Virus record (IMG/VR): IMGVR_UViG_3300005805_000056
Location: 29,637 to 93,636 of that record
From: a virus
Strand: one strand, 5' to 3'
DNA: 64,000 nt
Part shown: in pieces, positions 9,648-19,179 of the stretch
Numbering within the stretch: the first letter of the stretch is position 1
How the letters are laid out: each line of letters opens with the position of its first letter
Program-made: the position numbers and the translations under genes
Notes under the pieces: generated by a model
Databases searched by the model: none
Seen by the model: only the letters and a program-made list of their open reading frames with translations
What the model was told of the DNA's origin: nothing

Positions 9648-10649
9648 ATGCCCGCACAATACCCCATAAGCCAGAAACAAGGCTACATCAGCCCTCCGGT
9701 CAACACGCAACGACCGTTGGACAGACGCCCATCTGTTCTTGGTCGTCTTGTCTCACTGGGCTCTACATACAATGGCGTGGCTGACTACTTGACGAGTAAT
9801 CGAAGCAACGAGGCTTCATCGTCAACGGTTATCAACTTTCCATCGATGCCTGAGATCGTGGAGTTGGCCAGAGAGGCTGACTACCGTCAAACTTCAGCTC
9901 CATACACTCCTGACGGCATACACCTCTACAAGAAAACCAATCCTCTAAAGATTCCAATCTCATTTTCACTACACTACCAGGATCCATTCTGTAGTAAAGG
10001 TGGACTGTCTTTGCTGCTAATGTCAGCCAAGCTTCATTCACTTTTGTTGCCAATAAACAACAGCGCTGATCGCTCCAACATATCTGTTACTGTTGGAAAC
10101 TACTATAACTCTGCGGCTTCTGGCACAACTCATTCTGGTGGAGCTCCAAATCCACCAAAGGATTCATCAGCTGTTGGCACTCCAGCGTCAGTGGGCCAAG
10201 ATGAATCGATTGCTTTTAATGGCAATGCTGGTCAAGCCACAACTGTGTTTCCTCCAGCTTGTCTATTAGACTTGATATCGGTTGGTGATCGTAATGGAGC
10301 CCCTGGAATTCGGTGCTACGGCTATGTCAACAGTGTCAGTGTTAAGCTTAAAGGCCCATGGATGAGAGGTGCTGTGGAATATGGGCCAAATGGAATCAGA
10401 AACGTCCCAACATCTGCGGACTTTTCATTCATTTTCGTACATGCTCCAGGCTTCTCAAACTACTTTGGTGGAGCTGCCACATCTCCATTCCAGCTCAGTG
10501 GTCTCAGTGCTTTTGCCCAAGACGTGCTAGGAAACCTCTACAACACTGTTCCTCTAACTGAAGGTCAGCCACAACTCAACCGATATGTGGGCATTGGTGA
10601 GAATCCTAACAATCTCAATCAAAACACTGTGAGCAACCAGGGCATTTAG
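9648..10649 (+). CDS. Baseplate tube-initiator protein (gp48/P2 gpU/CIS tube-like)
   Basis: Follows the TMP; INFPSMPE..., IPISFSL, PPACLL, GYVNSVSVK, PTSADFSFIF pattern. Confidence 0.6.
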   Translation: MPAQYPISQKQGYISPPVNTQRPLDRRPSVLGRLVSLGSTYNGVADYLTSNRSNEASSSTVINFPSMPEIVELAREADYRQTSAPYTPDGIHLYKKTNPLKIPISFSLHYQDPFCSKGGLSLLLMSAKLHSLLLPINNSADRSNISVTVGNYYNSAASGTTHSGGAPNPPKDSSAVGTPASVGQDESIAFNGNAGQATTVFPPACLLDLISVGDRNGAPGIRCYGYVNSVSVKLKGPWMRGAVEYGPNGIRNVPTSADFSFIFVHAPGFSNYFGGAATSPFQLSGLSAFAQDVLGNLYNTVPLTEGQPQLNRYVGIGENPNNLNQNTVSNQGI

Positions 10650-12583
10650 ACCCACGAGAAGGTTGTGACACCTTCCTTGCTTTTCGTGGCTCTAAGGACA
10701 TGATCAGCATAGGCTGAGACTTCTGGGTGGTGATCAACCACAAAGATCAAGATTCCTAGTCTATTCGCAGTCTCTTTGAGATATGACAGTATGCACTTGC
10801 GAACCTTGGGATCCTGTGAGTTGACCACTTCATCATACCAGCGAAATCCAATACGAGAGGAAACTCGTCCAACTTCAGTAATGGTCTCAGCCACGATGAG
10901 GTTGGTTAGGCCACTCTCACCTTTTGAGTTGCCTGTTACTCTGGAAGCTCCTCGTGAATTCTTCACCTTGATGTTCAGGCAGTTTTTCTCAGCTCCACTG
11001 GTCAACTCTTTGGTTGTCTCATAGGAGATGCCCAGGGTGCCACCAGACATCCGGTGTGACAACGCCATGGACACTTGATTCAGTGGATCCACTGACCTGG
11101 AAAGTACCATGTTTGGTATGCCAGAACTGTTGAAAGCCCCAGACCAATATTCCACTACCTTGCAGAGCTCTTGATTCTCCTCTAGTTCAGCTGTCACATT
11201 GACTAGCTTTTCTTCGTACTCAATTAGACTGCTCTGCTTGGAGTCTAGCACACTTTGGGCCTTGACCACATTAGCATCAGAGGGTCCCTTGCTGAGCATG
11301 GCTACCTGAACGCTTAGGGCCGTGCACTCCTGAGTGGCCTTGGCATCCAGCTTGTCCAAGCCATCAAGCTCCGTTGAGAAGCCTCTGACCTGGTCTTTTA
11401 CATTGAGCTGGCGCTGCTTCTGCTGGTTCTCATTGATCTCATCCTGTTTGGCATCTTCACGGGCCCTGATCTCGGCAACTTGGCCCCTAAGATTCTTGAG
11501 CTTTTCAATGGCCTCACTCAGCCGATTCTCAGCCTTTTCAATGTCAGACTCAGATGGTCCCTTGTCCCATGGCTTCTTACAAGTGGGACACTCCCTGGGC
11601 TTGAGTCGCAGACTCTTCAGGTCCAGATCGGCCTTGTAGTGCTCATTGCTGGCTTGATTCTCAAGCTGAGCTATGGGTTTCATCTCAGCAGAGATCTTGA
11701 GTTTCTCGGCCCTCAGTTTCATATCCTCTGCTTCTAGGGCCTTGTTTTGTTCAGCCAGGTCATCCTCGATCTTCTTGATTTGGGCCTTGATGGACTTACG
11801 CCTCTTGGCTCTCTCATCAATCTGGCCTTTGACCGTCTCAAGCTTAGACTGGGCTTCAGTCAACTGTTGGGCCATGACTTTGGCTTGGTTTTCAAAGGTC
11901 TCCCGTTCACGCTCCAAATTCTCACCAGCCTTAACGATGCCTTGCTTTGTGGTATCAATCATCTCAAGCATGGTCTCTTTGGAGGACTTTTTGGCTGCTA
12001 CGTCACTCTTAAGCTCATTCAGTGTCTTCTTCGCTTTCTCATAATATGAAGCCCATGATGGCTGACCCAACGCAGCCATCATTAGTTCAACTGCTTGAGT
12101 TTGTGAGAGTGAGCTGAAGTCTAGATTGTCTCCGTCAATATAGACAGACCATTTTGCAACCTCTGGAGTGATGCCGAGAGTCTGGCTCAACTCATTTCTA
12201 GTGAGATCCACATGGGATCTTGAAATGACTGTGTCACCTGTCTTAAAACGAAGGCCTTCACCCGTCTTGGACAGGTCTTTGAACTTGTAGCCCATCTCAA
12301 TCACCAGGCCTTTGTCTTGGAAAGACCCCTCAACCCTGACCAACGTATTGCCTTTCTCATTCGTGCTATAATGGCCTAGGGAGGAGTATCTACCCCGGAT
12401 TCCACAGACAGCAATGCTAAGTGCCTCACCAAGACTTGTTTTTCCAGAGCCTATGGATTCAAATTGACTGGACTCATCGACACCTGAGACGAATACCAAT
12501 CCTTGGTCTGGGAACTCAATCTCTTGGTCACGGATCGTCATCCAATTCTTAAGTTGGATTTTCCGAAGCTTGAACTGTGACAT
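10646..12583 (-). CDS. SbcC/Rad50/gp46-like SMC ATPase of a recombination nuclease
   Basis: Walker A GSGKTS, central coiled coil with CPTC zinc hook, SKGE signature, WYDE Walker B, VVDH. Confidence 0.92.
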   Translation of the reverse strand: MSQFKLRKIQLKNWMTIRDQEIEFPDQGLVFVSGVDESSQFESIGSGKTSLGEALSIAVCGIRGRYSSLGHYSTNEKGNTLVRVEGSFQDKGLVIEMGYKFKDLSKTGEGLRFKTGDTVISRSHVDLTRNELSQTLGITPEVAKWSVYIDGDNLDFSSLSQTQAVELMMAALGQPSWASYYEKAKKTLNELKSDVAAKKSSKETMLEMIDTTKQGIVKAGENLERERETFENQAKVMAQQLTEAQSKLETVKGQIDERAKRRKSIKAQIKKIEDDLAEQNKALEAEDMKLRAEKLKISAEMKPIAQLENQASNEHYKADLDLKSLRLKPRECPTCKKPWDKGPSESDIEKAENRLSEAIEKLKNLRGQVAEIRAREDAKQDEINENQQKQRQLNVKDQVRGFSTELDGLDKLDAKATQECTALSVQVAMLSKGPSDANVVKAQSVLDSKQSSLIEYEEKLVNVTAELEENQELCKVVEYWSGAFNSSGIPNMVLSRSVDPLNQVSMALSHRMSGGTLGISYETTKELTSGAEKNCLNIKVKNSRGASRVTGNSKGESGLTNLIVAETITEVGRVSSRIGFRWYDEVVNSQDPKVRKCILSYLKETANRLGILIFVVDHHPEVSAYADHVLRATKSKEGVTTFSWV

Positions 12584-13283
12584 CGTAGTTAGTATGATGT
12601 TTTGTAGAACACCATTGATGGAGTCGGTGCCGTATGGGACTGTCTTTTTGACAGCAGGCCAGCACTATATCGATGGAGGAAGCTTCTACTCACCCATGGA
12701 CTTAGACAGGTCTCTTGAGGCTTTTGTCGATGATTTGAGCAGTGGAAGTGACGTTCGTATTACCCACTCTCCAAAAGATCTCGTGGACCAACTTGTGAAA
12801 AAGCATGGCCTAGTCATCGTCCACAAGAGTTCGTCCATGACCAAACCTGCGTCGAAGACTCTGAAGCTAGATGGAACTGACTACGTCTATCAGATCAATG
12901 GTGTTGATGGCGATTTCGACTTTAATCAGATACGCTCCTATGTGACGAGAGGGGTGATTAAGTTCGACACAGGGATAAGAGTACTTGACGCTGAATACAA
13001 GCAGCTATCTGACTATGTTCCAGCGTCTAAAATATCGTCCATACGACCACTCTTCTCCACACTTGTCGAACCACCATCTGAAATAGCAGATGCTAAGCCG
13101 TCTGTGGTAATAGTGGCTGCCAATCCAGCCTCTGTGCGGGCCTTAAAAGGTCAGATCGAGAACTATTTTGATATCCAACCTGAAGACACTGTGCTCTATG
13201 GTCAAAGTCTTGACCAAGTGGCAGGTGAAAGAGGAGTGGTAAAAACCTTCAAAGACATTGAAAAACAGCCTAAAAGAGCATAA
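12570..13283 (+). CDS. Hypothetical protein (likely start ATG 12594/12597)
   Basis: ORF preceded by TAGTTA at 12586-12591. Confidence 0.6.
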   Translation: MNCDIVVSMMFCRTPLMESVPYGTVFLTAGQHYIDGGSFYSPMDLDRSLEAFVDDLSSGSDVRITHSPKDLVDQLVKKHGLVIVHKSSSMTKPASKTLKLDGTDYVYQINGVDGDFDFNQIRSYVTRGVIKFDTGIRVLDAEYKQLSDYVPASKISSIRPLFSTLVEPPSEIADAKPSVVIVAANPASVRALKGQIENYFDIQPEDTVLYGQSLDQVAGERGVVKTFKDIEKQPKRA

Positions 13284-14430
13284 GCACGTGGCGAAAGGAT
13301 GTCTTTGTGAGGCTTTGAGCTTTGCCCAGCTCTTCAACCTCTCAGAGCCAAAAAGAATCGTCAGGTCAAATACTGTAAAAGGCCCACCTCTGGATGTGAA
13401 GGCCTTTGATGATGCGCAGTACCACATCTTCAACTTTAAGTCTAACCCATCTACCACGGGTTTACGTCATCACGGCTACATAAAATTCAATAAGCCAAAG
13501 AAGACAGAGGCTCTAACAGAGATACCCTGTTTAGTGGATTGCACGTGTCAAGACTATCGATACAGATGGGCATGGACAAATAAGCAAAGAGGAGCCAGCA
13601 AGGTAGGAGCCGGCTCGATGAATCAGGCCCTTAACAGGGCCCCAAGAATCACAAACCCAACAAACAGACCAGGTCTTTGTAAGCATATTTTGGCCTTAAA
13701 AAATTACCTTCAGGGTTTGATGTGGGATTTGCCAAAAACAGGAATCAAGACACCAGATGGTGTGCTATCGAATCTTGTTACCTACGCTAATAATCGTTGG
13801 ACTAATCTGCCACAGCAGATGGCTGCGGCTAGGGCCAGAGATGCAAGATTTGCTGCAGCCAAGGCGTCCTCTAGAGCTGGTCAACCTCAGCCTAACGCTG
13901 ATGAGTTACCTGGCATACCAGCTACCGAGGAGCCGCAAGCCTCAGAATTGCCACAACCACCTGAGAGTGAGCAACCTGAGATGCCTGAAAACATTGAACA
14001 GGCCCAAAAAATTAAGCCACCAGCCATCAATCTTAAACCCGAAAAGGGTCGTCCCAATGAGTCTATGAATCGAGTAATGGTAGATAGTTTGTGCAATATG
14101 AGATCTCTAACTGAGGAGCTTTCAATAATCGGTCAGCTAATTGAGGACGCTGAGGCCCAAACACCTCCTACAGAAGGTGAAGCCGCCCACTCAAATGCTC
14201 TTGACTTGCTTAAGAGCATTGACAGTGGAATCAAGTCCTTGAACACTGGCATTCAAGCTCTGTCTGCTGAGATGAAGCCAGAAGCTGATGTGGCCAAGGA
14301 AGAGGAAGGCACAGAGGCTGAAGAGGAAGCTACGGCTGGAGCTGAGGAAGCTGGCGCGGTGGCGAACCAGGCCGATGATGTTGCAAATCTTGAACAGGAA
14401 CTTCAGAAGCTTGGAGTGCCACAACAATAA
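13258..14430 (+). CDS. SWIM-like zinc-finger protein with acidic C-terminal region
   Basis: VDCTCQDY...GLCKHI; Pro/Glu-rich linker and acidic tail. Confidence 0.6.
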   Translation: MKNSLKEHKHVAKGCLCEALSFAQLFNLSEPKRIVRSNTVKGPPLDVKAFDDAQYHIFNFKSNPSTTGLRHHGYIKFNKPKKTEALTEIPCLVDCTCQDYRYRWAWTNKQRGASKVGAGSMNQALNRAPRITNPTNRPGLCKHILALKNYLQGLMWDLPKTGIKTPDGVLSNLVTYANNRWTNLPQQMAAARARDARFAAAKASSRAGQPQPNADELPGIPATEEPQASELPQPPESEQPEMPENIEQAQKIKPPAINLKPEKGRPNESMNRVMVDSLCNMRSLTEELSIIGQLIEDAEAQTPPTEGEAAHSNALDLLKSIDSGIKSLNTGIQALSAEMKPEADVAKEEEGTEAEEEATAGAEEAGAVANQADDVANLEQELQKLGVPQQ

Positions 14431-14436
14431 TTCCAC

Positions 14437-14901
14437 ATGAATCCTGGAGAATATCCACAACCTTTAGCTCGTGTAGCTCCGCTAAACTTCACTGCGGTTA
14501 ATGGCTATACGACACTTCGCCTTCGTAATTTGGCCATTGACAATCTGGCTCCTGAAGGTGTAAAGTCCAGACTGATTTTCCAGAATGTGGGTGATCAGAC
14601 CGTTACTTTGCAGCTTAAGGGTGTTGACAATGCCTACGTCTCAAGTGGCACACGTACCAACGTTGGCTCACCAGTAACACTGGTTCCCACAGGTTTCAAG
14701 TCGTTGGACTTCACACCAACTCAGACTGTACTTGAGGTTGCTTGTACCAATGGCACAAGCACTGTGCGAGCTCAGATGGAAGCTTTGATCAACTGGGAAA
14801 TCATGGCCAGCGTTAACATCAATGAGACAGGTGGAGTCAATCAGCTCTATCCTCCTTCATTTGATCAAAGTGCTGATCAGCTTCCGTGGAACTCTCTGTG
14901 A
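14437..14901 (+). CDS. Putative virion beta-sandwich (decoration-type) protein, paralogue of 36069..36578
   Basis: LIFQNVGD...TNVGSPVTLVPTGFKSL aligns by eye with LIIENTSD...TNVGSAVTVKPKGVKTL. Confidence 0.55.
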   Translation: MNPGEYPQPLARVAPLNFTAVNGYTTLRLRNLAIDNLAPEGVKSRLIFQNVGDQTVTLQLKGVDNAYVSSGTRTNVGSPVTLVPTGFKSLDFTPTQTVLEVACTNGTSTVRAQMEALINWEIMASVNINETGGVNQLYPPSFDQSADQLPWNSL

Positions 14902-15185
14902 GAGACGACATCCACAAGTTGAATTTGCCGGCTGACGCTAAGCGTTATGCCCGTCGTAGTGGGTTAAAACAGATGGGCCCCGCTGGTGTCAATCTGTTCC
15001 TGAAAGTTAATAAGCAGATCGTCAACCCCTCAAATGATGGGGTTATGAAGTCAAACGACGTATCAGCTAGCACGTCAGGTAAGCGTGGCCCTGTTCAACA
15101 CCCAGGTCTTGCTGGTTCATCAATGCCCAAAGGTGGAAGAGGCCCACGACCAAATGTGACTAGTCGCATTCTAGGTCAGAAATGA
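14886..15185 (+). CDS. Small basic hypothetical protein
   Basis: Coupled ORF ending SRILGQK. Confidence 0.5.
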   Translation: MELSVRDDIHKLNLPADAKRYARRSGLKQMGPAGVNLFLKVNKQIVNPSNDGVMKSNDVSASTSGKRGPVQHPGLAGSSMPKGGRGPRPNVTSRILGQK

Positions 15186-16459
15186 TTGAAAAGGGCCAAC
15201 TACAAGTTGATGGAACATTTCAGGTACAGATTGATTTGGGCCTCCAGTTTGACGGTTACCTGACAGTTCCTGACTTGGTTCACGAACGATCAGAGATCAC
15301 TCTGTCGATCAACAACACTGCTCGTCATTTACACCAGTTCACGACAGTCAATCTTTCCGTGGTGGATGTTCTGACGAAGAACTCCATTCTTCAAACAACG
15401 CCAAATGTCAAGATTCGAATTGGCGTGTCACAGGGCCAAGGAATTTTTTGGTTTCCTTGGCAAAAACACATCCTAATGTACACGGACATTATCCCATTGG
15501 GCAAGGGATATTCCATCACATTTGTAACTAACGACTTTCTGGGAGCAGCCAAGCGTCAATACAAAACACGCTTCCACAACGGCACGATACAATCCATAGT
15601 TGAGAAGATTGCCATTGATAATGGCCTAAACTATCTGGTTGAACCCACTCAGGGATCCTGGTCTTACATTCAGAGCAACCAAACTGACTCTGATTTTCTT
15701 GCCAAACTAGCTGTTAGAGCCGTGAATAATTTTGGGCACGGTGGGTTTAGGTATTTCGTGCAAGATAATGTCTTGCACTTTCACACTTTAGACTACGTTG
15801 CTACCATACGTAATGCCAGTGTATTTGACCTTTCTGGTACTAAAGTCGTGTTGTCAAGCAGAGTTCAGGACGCTGTGGATGAAGGTGCTCCTGGAGTAAA
15901 AGTAGTTGGCATTGATCCGTATGAGGGACAGGCATACGCTTTTGAATCTGATCCTCAGAAAGTTCCAATTCATGGCAACCAATCACCAGATCTTCAGTCA
16001 CTAAGTAAGCTGATTGTGGGTATTCACCCATCAGCCAATAGGTTTGATGAGTTAAAGGCCATGGCTCAGTCTGAATATGATTGGGCCAGAACTGACTTGT
16101 TAGAATGTGTGCTAACAGTTGAGAAGGGTTATCCAATTCAACTCAATGACATTATACGGGTCACCTTAAATTCGGCGTCATCCTCTCAATCACCATGGGG
16201 TGGAACCTATACTGTGGTGGCTGTTTCTCATGTAATCACCAAAGGCACGTCTGTCTCCACCATAAAACTGCAACGTGGAGAATTTCTTATTTCTAATATC
16301 AACAGGTCTCGTCCCGCGGATTCGATATCGACCTCTAACTATGAGGCTCCAGGTCAGCCCATAGATCTCTCTGACATATCATCCTCCTTGAGCACCAAAG
16401 GTCCTCTGGACTCATTTACAGATGGACGTTATGTCCGTGCTGTGGTGCCAACTACTTAG
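15182..16459 (+). CDS. Baseplate hub protein (T4 gp27/P2 gpD-like)
   Basis: IVEKIAIDNGL, QSNQTDSDFL, LHFHT, WGGTYTVVAVSHVI pattern. Confidence 0.75.
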   Translation: MIEKGQLQVDGTFQVQIDLGLQFDGYLTVPDLVHERSEITLSINNTARHLHQFTTVNLSVVDVLTKNSILQTTPNVKIRIGVSQGQGIFWFPWQKHILMYTDIIPLGKGYSITFVTNDFLGAAKRQYKTRFHNGTIQSIVEKIAIDNGLNYLVEPTQGSWSYIQSNQTDSDFLAKLAVRAVNNFGHGGFRYFVQDNVLHFHTLDYVATIRNASVFDLSGTKVVLSSRVQDAVDEGAPGVKVVGIDPYEGQAYAFESDPQKVPIHGNQSPDLQSLSKLIVGIHPSANRFDELKAMAQSEYDWARTDLLECVLTVEKGYPIQLNDIIRVTLNSASSSQSPWGGTYTVVAVSHVITKGTSVSTIKLQRGEFLISNINRSRPADSISTSNYEAPGQPIDLSDISSSLSTKGPLDSFTDGRYVRAVVPTT

Positions 16460-17196
16460 CCACCAATGTAGCACCCATTTCGATGGGTCTGGCGTACGAA
16501 CTCCTTGGCTGAGCTTTGGTTATGCCAAGATTCCACCAGTCCATCGTTGGTGACTTCATAGGCCACACCTTCCTTCAGTTCAATCAACGTCATGTTGTGA
16601 ATGTGATTTTTTGGGAAGTGCTGCTGACGTGACGCGATCAATACTGCAGGGGTTAGTGTGCCAGAGTCACCAATTACCAGACCATGTGCAGCTAGCAAGC
16701 TTTGCTGGTGCCTGTAGACGAACATCTTCCACTGGCTATCGATTTGTTCAAACCAAGCCAGTCCAACGGATCCCCAAGCTGGTGAAATATCACGTTGATG
16801 AATGAGTGGCCCAAGACATTCAGAGTCAACGATTGCATCAGACTTAATCTGACGATAGTTGCTGATCACTCCGTTGTGGACGAAGTGCACGCCATTGTTT
16901 GAGAAAGGATGAGCATTCTCATCACAGATGCGACCGTGTGTTGCGTAGCGAGTATGGCCAATGCCCATGCTATGAGTAGACATGCGATCTAGCCGATGGT
17001 TATGATTTCGAAGAGCAACACTCGCTGAGATCGCCTTCTTCCAGAGATCTAAGGTATAGTCTTCGCCACCACGTCGACCTACGTTGTCAATTGTCATCAG
17101 CCCAGTGGACATGGGCCCAGATGGTTCTGCCCTTCGGAAAAACTCACGAAGAAGTGACTTGCCAATGTTTCCCTTCCAACCAATAATAGCACACAT
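16456..17196 (-). CDS. Stand-alone class II (Ntn) glutamine amidotransferase
   Basis: N-terminal M-C nucleophile, GHTRYATHG, NAHPF, HNGVI, DSE. Confidence 0.88.
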   Translation of the reverse strand: MCAIIGWKGNIGKSLLREFFRRAEPSGPMSTGLMTIDNVGRRGGEDYTLDLWKKAISASVALRNHNHRLDRMSTHSMGIGHTRYATHGRICDENAHPFSNNGVHFVHNGVISNYRQIKSDAIVDSECLGPLIHQRDISPAWGSVGLAWFEQIDSQWKMFVYRHQQSLLAAHGLVIGDSGTLTPAVLIASRQQHFPKNHIHNMTLIELKEGVAYEVTNDGLVESWHNQSSAKEFVRQTHRNGCYIGG

Positions 17197-17203
17197 GATG
17201 CTG

Positions 17204-17231
17204 AGTATACCTGACTTGGAGTTTTTGTAAA
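17204..17231 (-). promoter_or_regulatory. Sigma70-type promoter (probably early, leaderless)
   Basis: TTTACA-N16-TATACT ending 7 nt before ATG 17196. Confidence 0.65.
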
Positions 17232-17235
17232 CAAC

Positions 17236-17694
17236 TTATTCTCGAATAGTTGCTTTTTGCTCGATGATGGCCCTCTCAACGTCTATGACCATATGGGGTC
17301 CAATGCGCACCCGGCGTAGAGTCCAACCTTTGTCGGCTGCATTTTTGTCCTTGGCTTGGTCTCTGATTCTGTGCCTTTTGTGCATGTGGTACCTTCTTGA
17401 GTCTAGTTCGATCAGTAGACCCAAGTTTGGAACGGCAAAGTCATAGATGAATGGTCCCAGTTTGAACTCAGCTGTGGCTTCCACATTGTTTTCTTGAAGC
17501 CACATCCTGACCTCTTTCTCTGGTGGTGTCTCGTTGTTTTTACGATTCAACCGTTGAACTCTTGGTTTTGACAGGCACTCAAAACATGTAAAGATGTGCG
17601 TGTTGTATCTGTAACCCGGCTTGTGCTTACCAAGATTTGCTGCCTTGAGTTTTTTACACTGACAGCAAACATCAGGCATTCCTGGATAGATCAT
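17236..17694 (-). CDS. DUF559/Vsr-like PD-(D/E)xK endonuclease with N-terminal zinc finger
   Basis: CxxC...CxxC, TPPEKEV, FIYDF, IELDSRRYH, RDQAKD..GWTLRR. Confidence 0.75.
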   Translation of the reverse strand: MIYPGMPDVCCQCKKLKAANLGKHKPGYRYNTHIFTCFECLSKPRVQRLNRKNNETPPEKEVRMWLQENNVEATAEFKLGPFIYDFAVPNLGLLIELDSRRYHMHKRHRIRDQAKDKNAADKGWTLRRVRIGPHMVIDVERAIIEQKATIRE

Positions 17695-17996
17695 ATCTCG
17701 TCAACCAACGCAAAAATCTCTTCAACAAGCAACCATACTTCATCTGACAGTCTAACATTATGCAACTCAAGACTTTCTGAACCTGAGAAACATTCTTTCA
17801 ACCTTTCCAGATTTTCTGGGCTTCCAAATACTTTCTTGGCTATGTCCGGAGGGACATCAAACCTTGAACCGTTTTCACAGATGATGGAAATCTCTGAGCC
17901 TGATGTCATCTTTATCCCATCATCTGGATCAAGATTTTCAGCTTCCTTACGTAGTCTATTTAGTGAGAACATAGTTATGTTGTGAGATTCAATCAA
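17691..17996 (-). CDS. Hypothetical protein (likely start ATG 17972)
   Basis: ATGA-coupled to the nuclease gene. Confidence 0.5.
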   Translation of the reverse strand: MIESHNITMFSLNRLRKEAENLDPDDGIKMTSGSEISIICENGSRFDVPPDIAKKVFGSPENLERLKECFSGSESLELHNVRLSDEVWLLVEEIFALVDEI

Positions 17997-18557
17997 CGAA
18001 AAGAGTGGTTGTACGACCCTGAGATCTTCAAGCGCTATGATACTCAGACAGCCTTACGTATTCAGGCAGAATACGTGCGGAAGCATTCCCCAAGACCTTT
18101 TCCAAGGTTCATGGAAGTCAACAGAAATAACTCTCAAATCGATACTCTTTGGCACGTTCCGTTGCCCGAAAGAACCGGCTTTTCAAGACAGCTTGACATA
18201 CCAGCAATAAACTATTTTGAAAAGCCGAATTGGACTCTTACAGCCCAAGGTTTGGTGCCTAAGAGGAACGATAGATTCTGGTTGGCCAATAGCATCCTAT
18301 CAGAAGAGTGCATAGACTATTTTCCTGAAAGAGGAGACATGGTATTTTGGAATGGATACAGATACGCAATAATTAACGTTGTACTGCCACCTGAAGCATA
18401 CTGGCAGCAGACAAATGTGTGGTTAGGAATGTATGTTGAATGCTCAATCGTTCCAGAGGGTGATGCAAAACCTCTTGTTAATGTCAGTTATGTTCATCCA
18501 ACTGAGATGAGCCCAGCAGGCCAACTGGCTCAAGAATTTGTTAGAAAAGGTCTATGA
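17982..18557 (+). CDS. Putative neck/head-closure protein (gp14-like)
   Basis: IDTLWH, PERGDMVFWNGYRYAI pattern; TAGTTA at 17972-17977. Confidence 0.5.
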   Translation: MRFNQRKEWLYDPEIFKRYDTQTALRIQAEYVRKHSPRPFPRFMEVNRNNSQIDTLWHVPLPERTGFSRQLDIPAINYFEKPNWTLTAQGLVPKRNDRFWLANSILSEECIDYFPERGDMVFWNGYRYAIINVVLPPEAYWQQTNVWLGMYVECSIVPEGDAKPLVNVSYVHPTEMSPAGQLAQEFVRKGL

Positions 18558-18904
18558 TTGACATGGTATCCATAGCAAATGATGCCTTGTCTGATACTTT
18601 GAACTCGGCCTCAGACTCCGAAAGAATGCTGATATCTGAGGCTCTTTTCAAAGAGTTTGTCGACTCCACAAGAAAACTTCCTCTGTCTGATCTTGATGCC
18701 AGAGTGGCCAAGCTAAAGGAACAGATCAACAGCTTAGCCATAGACTTAAGGTTTGAAGTCAAAGTTCAAAACTCTGAGGTTGTTATTACTGCTGAAGGCT
18801 TCTCAGACGAAACCTTGTCACGATTGACTCGTGGCACAGATTGGTTTGAGGGCCGGGATATCGGGAATGATATTCTGAAATCTATGTCTGGTACTAGTAG
18901 TTAA
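18554..18904 (+). CDS. Hypothetical protein
   Basis: ATGA-coupled ORF. Confidence 0.55.
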   Translation: MIDMVSIANDALSDTLNSASDSERMLISEALFKEFVDSTRKLPLSDLDARVAKLKEQINSLAIDLRFEVKVQNSEVVITAEGFSDETLSRLTRGTDWFEGRDIGNDILKSMSGTSS

Positions 18905-18912
18905 ATCGCAAC

Positions 18913-19179
18913 ATGAATGCCAAGCAAATCCTAGAGAAGGCCCTGGAGACAGTGGACCTGAAGAAGCCAAAGACCATTGTTGAGGCTGCTAACACGGCCC
19001 TTGGTCTTAACAACGTGAAGGTTGGTGGTGATGTGGCCATCATTGATGACCCCACATTCCCAACAGCTGGTCTCAAAGGCAAAGTCAAGAAGATCGACCT
19101 TGACAGTGGACTAGCCACCGTTCAACTCCACAACGGTGACGAGGTTCCTCTTCAAGTCAATCAACTTATTGCCCTTTAA
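18913..19179 (+). CDS. Small SH3/KOW-like protein
   Basis: VKVGGDVAII...GLKGKVKKID..GLATV; TAGTTA at 18898-18903. Confidence 0.55.
   Translation: MNAKQILEKALETVDLKKPKTIVEAANTALGLNNVKVGGDVAIIDDPTFPTAGLKGKVKKIDLDSGLATVQLHNGDEVPLQVNQLIAL

Noticed and set aside
17236-17694. Intron- or intein-associated homing endonuclease
   Set aside because: Free-standing gene; no interrupted host gene or splicing motifs seen nearby
17966-17970. GTTCT motif as promoter for 17691..17996
   Set aside because: No in-frame start 7-9 nt downstream (it overlaps ATG 17972), so it was not counted as a clean instance
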